A program made the translations under genes and the position numbers. From the human T2T-CHM13v2.0 reference genome, Homo sapiens, in assembly GCF_009914755.1 (NCBI RefSeq), contig NC_060935.1: DNA of 64,000 bases; one strand, given 5' to 3'. Under the pieces are notes generated by a model. The model worked only from the letters and a program-made list of their open reading frames with translations, searched no databases and was not told the origin of the DNA. Of this stretch, positions 24,745 to 40,400 are shown piece by piece. Position 1 is the stretch's first letter, and each line of letters begins with the position of its first letter.

Positions 24745-24975
24745 TTAATTGGCTTTATTTCTTAAAGCAGCTTTTGGTTTACAGAAAAAGTGAGCAGGAA
24801 GTATAAAGTTCCCTATACCCCCTCACTCCCTGCAGTTTCCCCTATTATTAATCTCTTACATTAGTATGATAAATTTGTTACAGTTGATAAATCAATTTTA
24901 TATATTATTATTAACTAAGGTCCTTAGTTTACAGGTAGGTTCACTCTTTATGTTGTATACTCTATAGCTATTTTG
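24745..24975 (-). mobile_element. L1MC/L1MD 3' end (first copy)
   Basis: 'aaagcagcttttggtttacagaaaaagtgagcaggaagtataaagttccctataccc...'. Confidence 0.75.
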
Positions 24976-24979
24976 TTCT

Positions 24980-25650
24980 TTAAATAGACTTTTTTTTTTA
25001 AAGCAGTTTTAGGTTCATAGCAAAATTGAGCAGAAGGTACAGAGATTTCCCACACACTCTCTGTCCCCACACGTGCATAACCTCCCCAATTATCAACATC
25101 CCCCACCAGAGTGGTACATTCACTACAATTGATGAACATACACAGACACACCATTATCACCCAAAGCCCATAGTTTACATCAGGATTTACTCTTGGTGTT
25201 GTGCATTCTGTGAGTTTTTGATAAATGAATAATGGCATGTATTCATCACAGTATCCTACAAAATAATTTTACCATCCTAAAACTTCCCTGTGCTCCACCT
25301 ACTCCTCCATCCCTTTCTTCCATGAACTCTAGAAAACTAATTATCTTTTTAGTATCTCCATTGTTTGGTCTTTCCCAGAATGTCATACAGTTGTAATCAT
25401 ATGGTATGTAGGTTTTTCAGATTGGCTTCTTTCACATAAAAATATGAAATTAAGGTTCTGTGTCTTTTCATGACTGGAGAGTTCATTTATTTTATTGCTA
25501 AATAATATTTCATTGTATGTAAGTGCTGCAATTTGTTTATCCATTCACCCATTGAAGTGAACACTCTTGACTGTTTCTAAGTCTTGGCAATCAGGAATAA
25601 AGCTGCTAAAGATACTCATGTGAAGTTCCTTGTATGGGCATAGTTTTTCA
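24980..25650 (-). mobile_element. L1MC1-like 3' end (second copy)
   Basis: 'aagcagttttaggttcatagcaaaattgagcagaaggtacagagatttccc...ccccaccagagtggtacatt'. Confidence 0.8.
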
Positions 25651-26003
25651 AAGAAATACATTTCATATTACAATGTAATATATACAATTGCTAGATTATA
25701 CCCACAGGAATAGTTATGAAATCTGATTTAATGTGTTTGCATCTTTTTTACACATTTTTCCTGTTGACCTCAATATAGCTATGAATTCAACATTAATTGA
25801 GGTTGTTTGTGGCTATGGAATCTACACCTTGGAGTCAGAAAGTTTGTCTTATTAACTGATTGTACCATTTACAAGCTATATTATCTCATGTAGAATAATC
25901 TTTCTGTATATTAGTTTATCTATATGTAAAGTGACTATATTTTAGGGTTGTTGAGAGTATTAATGGTAAATTGTAGCTATATCTATTAGAAATTATTTAA
26001 ATA

Positions 26004-26316
<313 letters not shown>

Positions 26317-26769
26317 TTAAATAATAACTTGGAAAATGATGCACATGTAAAAATTCCGAGCATATACTTCCAAAAGAGCAAGCTTGGATTGTCTAACTCA
26401 AAAAAATTGACATGAGCCACAAAAACTCACCTCCTAGGGCCCTAAGAAAACATATGGTATTGGATACCTAAAAAATCCAAACATCACCATGCAAAGTTCC
26501 AAAAAATTGACAGATGTGCATTAATACATAATTTTAAACTTTGCCTTAGAAATATGCAATGTACTGATTACAAAATCATACACACTCCTCGATTCTCAGA
26601 GTATTGTAAAATCTTTGGAAAAGTAAAATTTACTGGATTTGTTTTTATATACTTTATTAATATATCAATTAATTTATGTACATATGAATTCTTTCATTAA
26701 TTATTTCATTCATGTACTCCAAAAGAAATTATAAACTAATTGCAGAGGATAAGGCATAGCTAGTGACGT

Positions 26770-27010
26770 CTAGAGAAGCAGTTCTGTGTTGCAGAATAGA
26801 AAAAAGTTGTTCTCTGTAGCCATAATGAGCTGGAGAGGAGCTGAATCCCAGGTCAGTGATTAACTAGCTACATAAATTTGGCACATGATTTAATCTTTCT
26901 AATCTCAATTTCCTTCTGTGTGAAGTTGAGATAATATTTCTTATCTTTCTGGGTTATTTGTCAAATGGCAAGCAATATTTGTAAAGTTCCTGATTCATAA
27001 TAAAAGATCT
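26770..27010 (+). mobile_element. MIR
   Basis: 'aatttggcacatgatttaatctttctaatctcaatttccttctgtgtgaagttgagataat'. Confidence 0.6.
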
Positions 27011-28049
27011 TCAAATAGTAACTCTTGCTTGGATTTCCTTACCTAAATCCTTTATCTGAGCCCTTTCCAGCATTCTACTTTTCAGCAAGATATGTAAATT
27101 GCTTAAGAAAATTGGCTCATACATTAGATATTTTTAAATCAAGTTTTCCTGTGTATCCTGTGACTTAATCTTCTAGATCTATCTTATATATTATCATTGA
27201 GAATGAAATATATAAGAATAGATTATCAAAACTACAGAATTGTTTTTATATTATTGAAATTTAAAATATTTGGGTAATTATCTATGCTAGTAAAAAATTA
27301 ATAATATAAATCTTCCATCATATCCCACTGCTGCCTGAGCTCTTTTACAAAAAGTTTTTGAAGGAGATAAGGTGATATTATTAATACCAACTTGCAGAAG
27401 AGAAGAAATTGGGACCCTTAACAGGTAAAAGGATTTAATCTAAGTTACATAATCAGTACTGGATGTGCTGACAAGACATCTCAGCCTCTAGCATTCTTCA
27501 CATGTTATATAAATGGCATAGTATTGGGTCTCTAACTTTTACATTTGCCAATAGCATAATTTTGTGTACATATGAAGTTAAAGAATTTGTTTTAAAACAA
27601 ATTAGTGGTGTTACTGTGATTGCGCAGTTGCTACTTTTTAATCGTATATAGCTCCATTACATAACCAAATGTTCAGGAAATATTTGTAAAACTAAAGAAA
27701 TAATTCTTACTCTGTATATTAATAGAACTGAGTATGAGATTATACGAATGTGACATTAAAGATTGAAGGAATGTCCTATAAACCAAAAGCTTTTTGAAAA
27801 ATACTCGCCATTTGCCTGAAAATTGAATAATGTCACACTAAAGACAAAGCTGGATTGTGTCCCCTTGGCATTAACAATATGGAGTTAATGGCAGATAGCA
27901 TGTGAAAATGTGAGCAGACAGTTATCATAAAGGGATACAAAAATATAAGAAAAGCTAGATTTAAATAACATTTCTCAAGAAAAATATAGCCACAATGATT
28001 AAAATATAGCTTTTTTATTGTATGATTTTTAAGATTTCTCAAGTTTAAA

Positions 28050-28500
28050 GACACAGAAATACAATTTAAATGATCTCAGGGAAAAAAGTAATTTTTTGGA
28101 GGGATTCTAGGTCATGTTATGGAAACCAAACCAGAAAAAAGAGAGGGCTATATTTGTACCCCAGGGACACTAGATCTAGTGATAGGTAGTGAACACTAGA
28201 ACTCACATGACATCAAGGACTTGGGCTTTCATCTCTGCTGCTTCTTGAATGCTCACATTGTTTTTCCCTTCCTTTTCAAACTTTCTCAACTTAGCAGTAA
28301 AGTTGACTACAAGCAGTTTTAAGTTGTACACCTTTCAATTTAACCTCCAAAGAGAAAACATTACTAACTGCTGCTATCTCTGGTTCCAAGTCCAAAAACT
28401 GCAGAGAAGGGAATCATTTGTTCAGCTTGGATTGTGTGCCCAAAACTGGACAAACAATTGTGGCCAGAGAAATAGGATCTTGTTAGCAACATGGAACATT
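28050..28500 (-). mobile_element. Degenerate MLT1 (J/K-like) LTR
   Basis: 'agagaagggaatcatttgttcagcttggattgtgtgcccaaaactggacaaacaattgtggccagaga'. Confidence 0.5.
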
Positions 28501-28691
28501 CATAGACTTATGGACTATTATAACTAGGAGACACATTAAACATCACTTTTCTAATAATTTTGTTTAGAGATTAATGAACTGTGACAACAAATGTTCAGAG
28601 ACTTGACCAAGTGACAAAACTTGAATTTGAATAAGTATCTAGTGTTTTTGTAATGCTTAAAGTTATTAAAAGGAAAATAAAAATAAATGAA

Positions 28692-28815
28692 GTAGGAAGA
28701 GAAGGAAATGAAGTAGAAGAAAGAAGAAGAGAAGGAGGAAGAGAGGGAGAAGGGAAAAGAAGGAAAGAAGGAAGGAAGGTTGAAATGGAAAAAGTAAAAG
28801 GGAAAGAAAGGAAGT
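28692..28815. repeat. GA-rich low-complexity tract
   Basis: Nearly purine-only runs (gaag, ggaa) seen directly. Confidence 0.85.
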
Positions 28816-29255
28816 AAAAAACAGAAACAAAAACGGGCAGCTCCTACTGTAATTCTATTGATGGAGTGAGTGGGAGAAGAGGTTATATTATAAAGTGGCT
28901 GGAAAACAATGCCATACTTGCCCATTATAGTCTATGAACCATGACTTACGTAGTATATATAGCAAGTAGAATAAATAAATGATTATATTTGGCTTAAATT
29001 GTCAGATTATTTTACTCAGTTTCTCTCAATTTTGCAATAGATGTGCTTTCTCATTTTGATTTTTCACTCATCTTCCCTTTTATCTACAGATCTGTAGGCT
29101 GTTTCTAATAAAACTGATTGCTGGGTGAAAAAATTTCTTGGCATCATCACACAAAAAAATACTTATTTGGTTCTGCCTAGTTTAAAATACCAGTGTAAAA
29201 TTAAACACTTACTACAATGTACCTCCATTTCTTAATAGGCACTATGCTTCATTAG

Positions 29256-29583
<328 letters not shown>

Positions 29584-30256
29584 TCACTAGCAATATCTTT
29601 AATGACGCCTTGGTATACTACGTAATTACATAAATTATTAAAACACAGCCATAGGAAAATGTGTCTGTCTTCATCCAGATTCATCTCTAAATGTATGGAT
29701 GTTTGAGGTAGCACTATTGATGTATTTATTGTAGTATTTTCTTTGGGGCTATCTGAATAAAGTGAATAATTTGTTTAACAATGTTCACTATTTGCCTACT
29801 AAGTGCCACGCAGGTACTGAGAAGTGGAACAGAAAATAAGATAATTCTTAGAGAACTAGTCCAGTTGAGAGAAAAAGCCTTGTAAAAGGTCATTATAGAC
29901 TTCTGGTAATGGCAAACTGAATATTTTGAACCAGACTTCCTGAAGAGGATAACAAAAGAGCTAAACAATATATATGAAACATTTTCCTTATGTCGTCTTA
30001 TAACTAATAAAGTAGGAAATAATTATGGCTTCAATACCCGGAAGAAACCAGAAATCTAGAGAGAAGAGCCTGGTTTTTGGAATCCTTCTGCTCTGTAGGC
30101 ATTGGCAGCCCAGAATAGGTATCCAACAGACTGGGCATTACTTTGGGAAGATTCCTGGGTCCATGGAAAATTACCTTGGAAATAAATGTCACCAAATAGT
30201 TGGCTCTGGTAAATCCCTTGTGAATGGGTTGGAATCAGACAAGTGTACTCTAGGTC

Positions 30257-30944
30257 TGTTACAGGTAGTTAGACAGGCAAGAGCATGGCAGGAGAGGGCT
30301 GTTCACCCCTACCCACTAGCAATGTCAAGTGATGGTTTGACAATTATCACACTGCCTCTCTAAAAATGATAATTTGGCAGCCTGTGCCAGGGCATCAGGG
30401 AGAGACAACCTCCTTACCATCCAAAGCTATTAACATTAAAGTGTTAAAATTATGCAGCAGCCAGGAAGAAGCAACTTCCCAGGCATGTGCATTAAGAGGC
30501 AAAATATCAGAGTATGACCTTCTGGGGCCACTCCACCGGAAAAGGGAAGGAAGCCTCAGATGGGCATGTGTACCACTTCCTAAAGACAGTGCACGTGCTC
30601 ACTTCCCAGGCGTAAGGAGGGCACTGTGCATGCGGGCAGCCCACCCTAAGGGAAGAATCACAAAAAGGGGCATAAGATGCCAGCCTACAAAGTCCTAGGA
30701 TGACAGTTAAATGCGACACTTGTTCTTCAAGTCGCCCACTTGGATCTCTTCCAAGTGATCTTTCCCTTTTTTCCTGTTCTAAAGCCTTTTTAATAAACTT
30801 CCACTCCTGCTCTGAAACTTCCTGTCTCTTTTTCTGCCTTATGCCCCTAAATTGAATTCTTTATTCTGAGGAGGTAAGAATTCAGGTTGCTGCAGACCCG
30901 TACAGATTCGCAGATGGTAACTCAGATACCTGCCACCAGTAACA
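30257..30944 (+). mobile_element. MER50-family (MER50B-like) solo LTR (ERV1)
   Basis: TGTTACAGGTAGTTAGACAGGC...CAGTAACA termini, AATAAA near 30792, exact 4-bp TSD ggtc at 30253-30256 and 30945-30948. Confidence 0.88.
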
Positions 30945-31029
30945 GGTCTAAGAGTGCATCAGAAGCAAAACAGCTATTAAAAGTTTGAGTCATGTGGGTG
31001 ACCAAAAAAAAAAAAAAAAAAAGTCAGTG

Positions 31030-31337
<308 letters not shown>

Positions 31338-31883
31338 AAAAGCATCACTTCTTAAAGTTGTGTTAAAGCAAAATAAATGATAAAATATGCAGGTAAATTT
31401 AAGTGAATACCGACTGCAAAAAATAATAATATATTGTCTCAGGGGTCTTATAAAATGTACATAATTAAAATAAATTTTAAAATGCATATACTTTGAAGGA
31501 AAAGGTGTTCTGCAGTGCTTGCATTGTCTGGGAAGAGAGAATCAATTAATTCTAGTACATGTTTCTCAGGAAAACCAGTAAACTATAGTAAAAAAGGAAT
31601 AAATGCTGAGTTAATTTGGGGGAAAGAGAAAATAATTGTAATATGAAGGAAGGCAAGAAAAGAGATTATAAAGTATAAGACTACATAAGACAAATAGAAA
31701 ATGTAGAGCAAGATTGTAGATTTAAAGCCAAATATTAAAAATATTTAATGTAAATAAAGACAGTTGTTATCTGCCTAGACAAAAAACGAAACTTGATTTT
31801 ACACTATTTAAGAGATATATGTAAAAACAAAATATAGAAAGGTTGGAAGGAAAAAAGATGGGAAAGAAGACGGGAAAAAAGAT

Positions 31884-32046
31884 GCTCCTGTAGTCCCAGC
31901 TACTTGGGAGGTTGAGGCAGGAGAATGGTGTGAACCCGGCAGGTGGAGCTTGCAGTGAGCCTAGATCATGCCACTACACTCCAGCCTGGGCGACAGAGTG
32001 AGACTCTTTCTCAAAAAAACAGAAAAACCAAACAAACAAAAAAAAA
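31884..32046 (+). mobile_element. AluY-type right arm only
   Basis: 'cctgtagtcccagctacttgggag...gagaatggtgtgaaccc...gagcttgcagtgagc' plus an A-rich tail; no left arm. Confidence 0.9.
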
Positions 32047-32307
32047 CCATATAATTCTGCAGAATGCACATCATTTTTATTGTCTCAAGGAGAACTTAAT
32101 AGCAATTAGCCAAACACTAGTCATAATGCATATTCATAAAATTCAAAGGACTGAAATCATACAGAATGTTTCTTGACCACAATTTAGTTGAGCTAGAGGT
32201 CGATAGCAAAAACGAGCCAAAATAAGAAAAAATAAAATAAAAACTAAAAAATGCTCATGTATATACAGAAATCATTTCCAGGTGGATTGCAGATCTGAAT
32301 ATGAGGT

Positions 32308-32883
32308 TGTAAACCAAAAGGTATTTGAGACAGGTCTCAATCAATTTAGAAAGTTTATGTTGCCAAGGTTAAGGACATGGGCCCCTGACAGAGCCTCAGG
32401 AGCTCCTGAAGACATGTGCCCAAGGTGGTCAGGGTTCAAGTGTGCTTTTATACATTTTAGGGAGACATGAGACATCAATTAATATGTGTAACATTGCCTT
32501 AGGTACAGTAAATCAGGACAACTTGAAGAGGGGGGCGGAGGCAAAAGACTGCATTCTTTTGAGTCCTTGATCAGCCTTCCACTGAATACACGAATACACA
32601 ATTTGGTCTGGCTCAGTGAATCTACATTTTTACATAAACAATACAGTGGAGAAAGCAATCAGATATGCATTTGTCTCAGGTGAGCCTCAGAGGGATGACT
32701 TTGAGTTCTGTCTGTCCTTTGTCCACAAGGAAATTCCCTGTGGGGGAGGTATGTAGCTTTTTATCTTTGTAGCTACCTTATTTAGGAAAACAATGGGAGG
32801 CAGATTTGGGTGACATAGTTCCCAGCTTGACTTTTCCCTTGGCTTAGTAATTTGGGGGTCCTGAGGTTTATTTTTTTTTCACA
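32308..32883 (-). mobile_element. MER4A-family solo LTR (ERV1)
   Basis: The minus strand begins TGTG...AAATAAACCTCAGGACCCCCAAATTACTAAGCCAAGGGAAAAGTCAAGCTGGGAAC and ends ...TTTGGTTTACA. Flanks (g/a)aggt. Confidence 0.9.
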
Positions 32884-32975
32884 AAGGTAAACAACGCATG
32901 TTTTACAAAGAAAACATAAGAAAACATCTTATTGCTCTTAGAGTAGGCAGTAGTTTTGCTTATTTAAAAAGGTAT

Positions 32976-33289
<314 letters not shown>

Positions 33290-33725
33290 TCAGACTATTT
33301 TAAAATGTAGAACTACTGTTTATCAAAAATATGCCGTCAAGAGAGTAAAAATGCCGCCAATAAAGTGGGAAAATATCCAATTATTTAGATCAAGAGCACG
33401 TAAGAAATGATGCTTAACATCCTTAGTCACTGTGGAAATGTAAATTAAAGCCACTATGCCAGAATGGCTAAACTGAATACTCTTCAGAAATGAGAATAAA
33501 CAATGTACAGTTACAAGTAAAAATATGGATTAATTTCATGAACATAACTGAGCAAAAGAAGTTACATTAAAAAGTATACATATTCTATGATTAAATTGCA
33601 TAAAGTATAAAATTAAGTGAACCTAATCTATGGTATTGGAGGTCAAGATAGAGATTAATTCTCCTTCCCATTGGGTGTGGCATGTTGACAAGAGAAAGTA
33701 TTGAGCCACACACAATAAATCATAC

Positions 33726-34017
33726 TTTTTGTTTGTTTAATTTTGAGATAGGGTCTTGCTGTCTTTCCCAGGCTGGAGTGCAATGGCATAATCATGGCTC
33801 ACTGAAGGACCAACCTCCTAGGCTCCAGTGATCCTCCACTTTAGCCTCCTCTCTGCGACTACAGGTATACACCACCATAACTGATGAATTTCTTGTTTTT
33901 CATAGAGACAAGGTCTCCCTATGTTGCCCAGGGTGGCCTTGAACTCTGGGCTCAAGTGATCCTTTCACCTTAGCCTCTCAAAGTGTTGGGATTAGTCATA
34001 AGCCACAGTATTTGGCC
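33726..34017 (-). mobile_element. AluJ
   Basis: Antisense diverged dimer with 'atcatggctcactg' and 'ctatgttgcccaggg...gggctcaagtgatcc'. Confidence 0.9.
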
Positions 34018-34460
34018 TTTTAAAAATACATACATATATTTTGAAAATCACTTTCTTTTCTTTCCAACTATTTTTAGGTTCGAGGGGTACATATACAGGT
34101 TTGTTACATGGGTAAATTGCATGTTGCAGGGGTTTCTTATACAGATTATTTCATCACCCAGGTAATAAACACAGTACCTGAGAGGTGGTTTTTCACACCT
34201 TACTCTCCTTCAACCCTCCACCCTCAAGTAGGCCCTAGTGTCCATTATTTATAACCATGTATACTCAATATTTAGCTCCCACTTATAAGTGAGAACATGT
34301 GGTGTTTGGTTTTCTTTTCTTGCATTAACTAATTTAGGATAATGGCCTCCAATTCCACATGTGTTGCTGCAAAGGACATGACTTCATTCTTTTTTATGAC
34401 TGCGTAATATTCCATGGTACATATCTACCACATTTCCTTTATCCGGTTCAGCACTGATGA

Positions 34461-34851
<391 letters not shown>

Positions 34852-35467
34852 AGAACATTTATATTCTTTTAGATATATACCCAGAAATGGAATTCCTGGG
34901 ATGACCGATAATTCAATTTTAAGTTCTTTGCGAAATCTCCAAACTGCTTTCCTCAGGGGCTGAACTAATTTACATTCCTGCTAGCAGTGTATAAGCATTC
35001 CATTTTCCCCTTAATCTCATCAGCATCAACTTTTTAATAAGCTATTCTAACTGGTATGAGATAGTATCTCATTGTGGTTCTGATTTGCATTTCTCTAATG
35101 ATTAGTGATGTTGAGCATTTTTTCATATGCTTGTTGGCTGAGTGTATGTCTTTTCTTGAGAAACGTCTATTCATATCCTTTGCCTATTTTTTAAATAGGG
35201 TTATTTTGGTTTTGTTTGTTTAAGTTCCTTATAGATTCTGGATATTAGACCTCTGTCAGATGCATAGTTTGCAAATATTTTTTCTTTCAATTTAGGTTTC
35301 TTTCAATTTACTCTGTGGATAGCTTCTTCTGCTGCGTATAAATTCTTTAATTAGATCCCACTTGTCCATTTTTTTTTTTTCAATTTTGGAGCCTTTGTCA
35401 TGAAATCTTTGACAGGACCTATGTCCAGAATGTTTATTCCTAGGTGTTATTCTAGGGTTTTATAGTT

Positions 35468-35716
35468 AAAAGTTTTACATTTAAGTCTTTAGCCCTCAAG
35501 ATGAGTTACATTTTACATTTTTCATTTAACTCATCAAGTCTTTAACCCATCCTGACTTTTGTTTATAGTAAAGAGAAGGGGTCCAGGTTCAAAAAGTTTT
35601 ACATTTAAGTCTTTAGCCCTCAAGATGAGTTACATTTTACATTTTTCATTTAACTCATTAAGTCTTTAACCCATCCTGACTTTTGTTTATAGTAAAGAGA
35701 AGGGGTCCGGGTTCAA
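35468..35716. repeat. Tandem duplication, 124-bp unit x2
   Basis: Period 124 (e.g. g35472/g35596 and t35582/t35706); two mismatches seen. Confidence 0.95.
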
Positions 35717-36907
35717 TCCTCTGCATATAGCTAGCCAGTTACCCAGCACCATTCATTAAATAGGGAGTCCATTTCCCATTGCTTGTTTTTGTTAACTTTG
35801 TCAAAAGTTATTTGTTGTAGGTGTGTGACCTTATTCTTGGGTTCTCTATCCTGTTCCATTGGTCTATGTGTCTGTTTTTATACTTGTACCATGCTGCTTT
35901 GGTTACTGTTGCCTTGTAGTAGAGTGTGATGCCTCTGGCTTAGTTCTTTTTGCTTAGGATTGTTTTGGCTATTCAGACTATATTTTGGTTCTGTATAAAT
36001 TTTGGAGTATATTTTTCTAATTCTGTGGAAAATGTTTTTGATAGTTTGATAGGAACAGCATTGTATCTATAAATTGCTTTGGGCAGTATGACCATTTTAA
36101 CAATATTGATTCTTCCTACAGATGACCATGGATTATTTTTCCATGTTTGCTTAATCTCTGATTACTTTCAATAGTATTTCATAATTCTTATTGTAGAGAT
36201 CTTTCCCCTCTCTGGTTAGCTGTCTTCCTAGGCATTTTTGTATGTGTGTGGCTATTGTGAATGGGATTGTGTTTTGATTTGGCTCTCAGCTTGGATGTTG
36301 TTGGTAAATTGTGTTTATTTCGATCTTCAGTTTTCTTTATTACTCCAACTTGTGGTCTATCAATCTTATTCTTTCAAAGAACCCGCTTTTTGTTTCATTA
36401 ATCTATTGTATTTATTTTAATCTCAATTTCATTCAGTTCAGCTCGGATTTTAGTATTTCTTTTCTTCTGCTAGTTTTTGGGTTGATTTGCTGTAAGTTGG
36501 GTTCAGTTGAGTGGCTTTGTTTCTGGATGATTTCACGGGGGGCCAGGCTCAGCTGAGCACTCTTGAGCTTCATGCTCTAACCATAAGGTGCAGTGTCCAA
36601 GCCCATAACTTCGTTTTCTGTCCCCTTGAGGTTAAGCAGCTGCTGTGCTGGAGGTGCTAGAGATGTTCCCAGTCCACAAGCACCAATACTCTGATAAGGG
36701 GTGCTGGAAAAAGCACTTCATCAGGATAGTGGCATCAGGGTCCACACATGCACACACACTGACAACAGTGTGATGACAGTGTGATGGAGTCTGTGTACAC
36801 ATGCTCATGCTAGTGGTGGTGGAATGGCTGGGTCTCCATGCACATAGGCACCAGCAGGGGCTGGGTTATGGTGGTGAGTTCCACATGCATGCATCTGTGG
36901 TACTGGG

Positions 36908-37272
36908 TGATATGTTTTGGCTGTGTCCCCACCCAAATCTCATATTGAATTGTAATCCCCACTGGCTGGGGGAGGGACCTCATGGGAGGTGATTAGATCA
37001 TGGGAGTGGTTCCCCCATGCTGTTCTTGTGATAGTGAGTGAGTTCTCATGAGATCTGATGGTTTTATAAGAGGCTTCCCCCTTCACTCTGCACTCATTCT
37101 CTCTCCTGCCACCATGTGAAGAAAGATATGTTTGCTTCTTCTTCCATCATGATTGTAAGTTTCCTGAGGCCTCCCCAGCCATTCAAAACTGTGAGTCAAC
37201 TAAACCTCTTTTCTTTATAATTTACCCAGTCTCGGGTATGTCCTTATAGTAGTGTGAGAATGAACAAATAGA
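36908..37272 (+). mobile_element. THE1C/D solo LTR (MaLR) inside the L1 5' UTR
   Basis: 'tgatatgttttggctgtgtccccacccaaatctcat...gtgagaatgaacaaataga'; exact 5-bp TSD ctggg. Confidence 0.95.
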
Positions 37273-38124
37273 CTGGGGTTGTGAGGTTCACAGAGTGCAC
37301 ACCATAGCATAGTAGTAGGAACAGGCCATGGGCAGGTGCTTGGGGGCAAAGCAGTGGAGGAGGCTGCTGGCAGGTGCATGTCAGCCAGGCCTGTCTGCTA
37401 AAGCTCTCCGATGGTTAGGTAGGGTCCACACCAAGTAGCTATGGTGGCAGCTGCTGCAAAATGCCTCTGTTGGGGATCTCAGGCTGCGGTGCAAATGGGT
37501 GTGGCCAGGGAGGTGCCCCAGAGAAGGACCAGCAAACGGGGGTGTGTTCAGATCAGACTGGCCCCGTCCCATGGACAAGATAGCTCTGCTCTGTTCAGGT
37601 CTGACAGTCAACAAAGGCCAAAGCCACCTAGGGGAGTGTGGTAAGCCTTGGAGGATGTGCATCCCTGGCTGTGCTCTACTGTAGTCATGCTGTGCCAACA
37701 CCCCCCAGTTCCCCAAAGGCTGGAGTCTTGTCCCTGACACTTCTCCAAGCAGCTCTCCATGCCAGCTCGGATGTATATGGCGGTCATGGGGATTCCTACG
37801 GTTAATATTCTAGAGGTCCGTGGTAAGTCCATGGGCCACTTCTCACCTATTTAACTCACTCCTTCCAAGGAGTCACTGGGGGCTAGGAACAAGTCCTGGT
37901 GCTTGGCAGTCTCATGCAGGGTTCCCAGCTTCCTCCCCCTTCAGCCCAGTGTCTGCATGCTCCCTTTTTCCACTCTTAATGATTTCCTTCTAAAGATCTC
38001 CTTAGAGTATACTGGACTTCATGATGGTCTGGTTTCACCATGGGAGATGCTTTTCCTTGCTGTGTCTAGCTAGCCATCTTGGCTCCTCTCACTTTTTTGC
38101 ATGTGTATTTTTATGTATATGTCT

Positions 38125-39560
<1,436 letters not shown>

Positions 39561-40011
39561 TTAAGTTATCCTGCTTTTATTTCAGAATATGGCCAAGAAA
39601 ACTGGGGGAAAATTTTTCATTTCACACAACTGAGCCAAGTTACAGGATATTTCCATGACTGGATCTTCCAAGTTCCAGAACAGAAATATTAAGCTGCAAT
39701 TGAAAGATCTGGTTCTAGATGAGTGGCTATTAATGCTGGTTGAAGAATCTGCAAAACTGCTACAAAGGGAAGAATGAGCCCACTATGCACATTGGGATGG
39801 GAAACTATAAAAAAAACAGAAAACAAAAAACAACAACAACAAACTCCTCCAAAATTAGAAAACCAAAATTCCCATTTCCCTGAAGAAATGTAATGGTGAT
39901 CTTCTGGCAAGTGTGTCAAGTTCTGAGTTGCAAACAAACAAGTTCCACCTTATTTTTATGAAAAGGCTACCCAGTTACCCACTTTGTCACTACTCTTAGA
40001 GTCAAGGTTCA

Positions 40012-40400
40012 CGATGTGGTTTGGATTTGTGTCCCTGCCCAAATCTCATGTTTAATTATAATCCCCAATGTTGAAGGAGGGGCCTGCTAGGAGCTGATTG
40101 AACCCTGGGGCCGAATTTTCCCCCTTGCTGTTCTTGTGATAGTGCATGAGATGGGAAGACAGTATCTGAGTGTTTAAAAATGTATAGCACCTGCCCCTTT
40201 GCTCTCTTCCTCCTGCTCCTGTCATGTAAGACATGCCTGCTTTCACTTCACCCCTCCATCGTGATTGTAATTTTCCTGAGGCCTCCCTAGCTATGCTCCT
40301 TGTATAGCCTGCAGAACTGCAAGCCAATCAAACCTCTTTTCTTTATAAATTACCCAGTCTCAGGTAGTTCTTTATAGCATTGTGAGAATGGACTAATAGA
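40012..40400 (+). mobile_element. MSTA-like solo LTR (MaLR)
   Basis: 'tggtttggatttgtgtccctgcccaaatctcatg...tatagcctgcagaactgcaagccaat...gagaatggactaataga'; exact TSD gttca. Confidence 0.93.

Noticed and set aside
28551-28925. F/S-rich 124-aa ORF
   Set aside because: It is the antisense reading of a GA-rich low-complexity tract.
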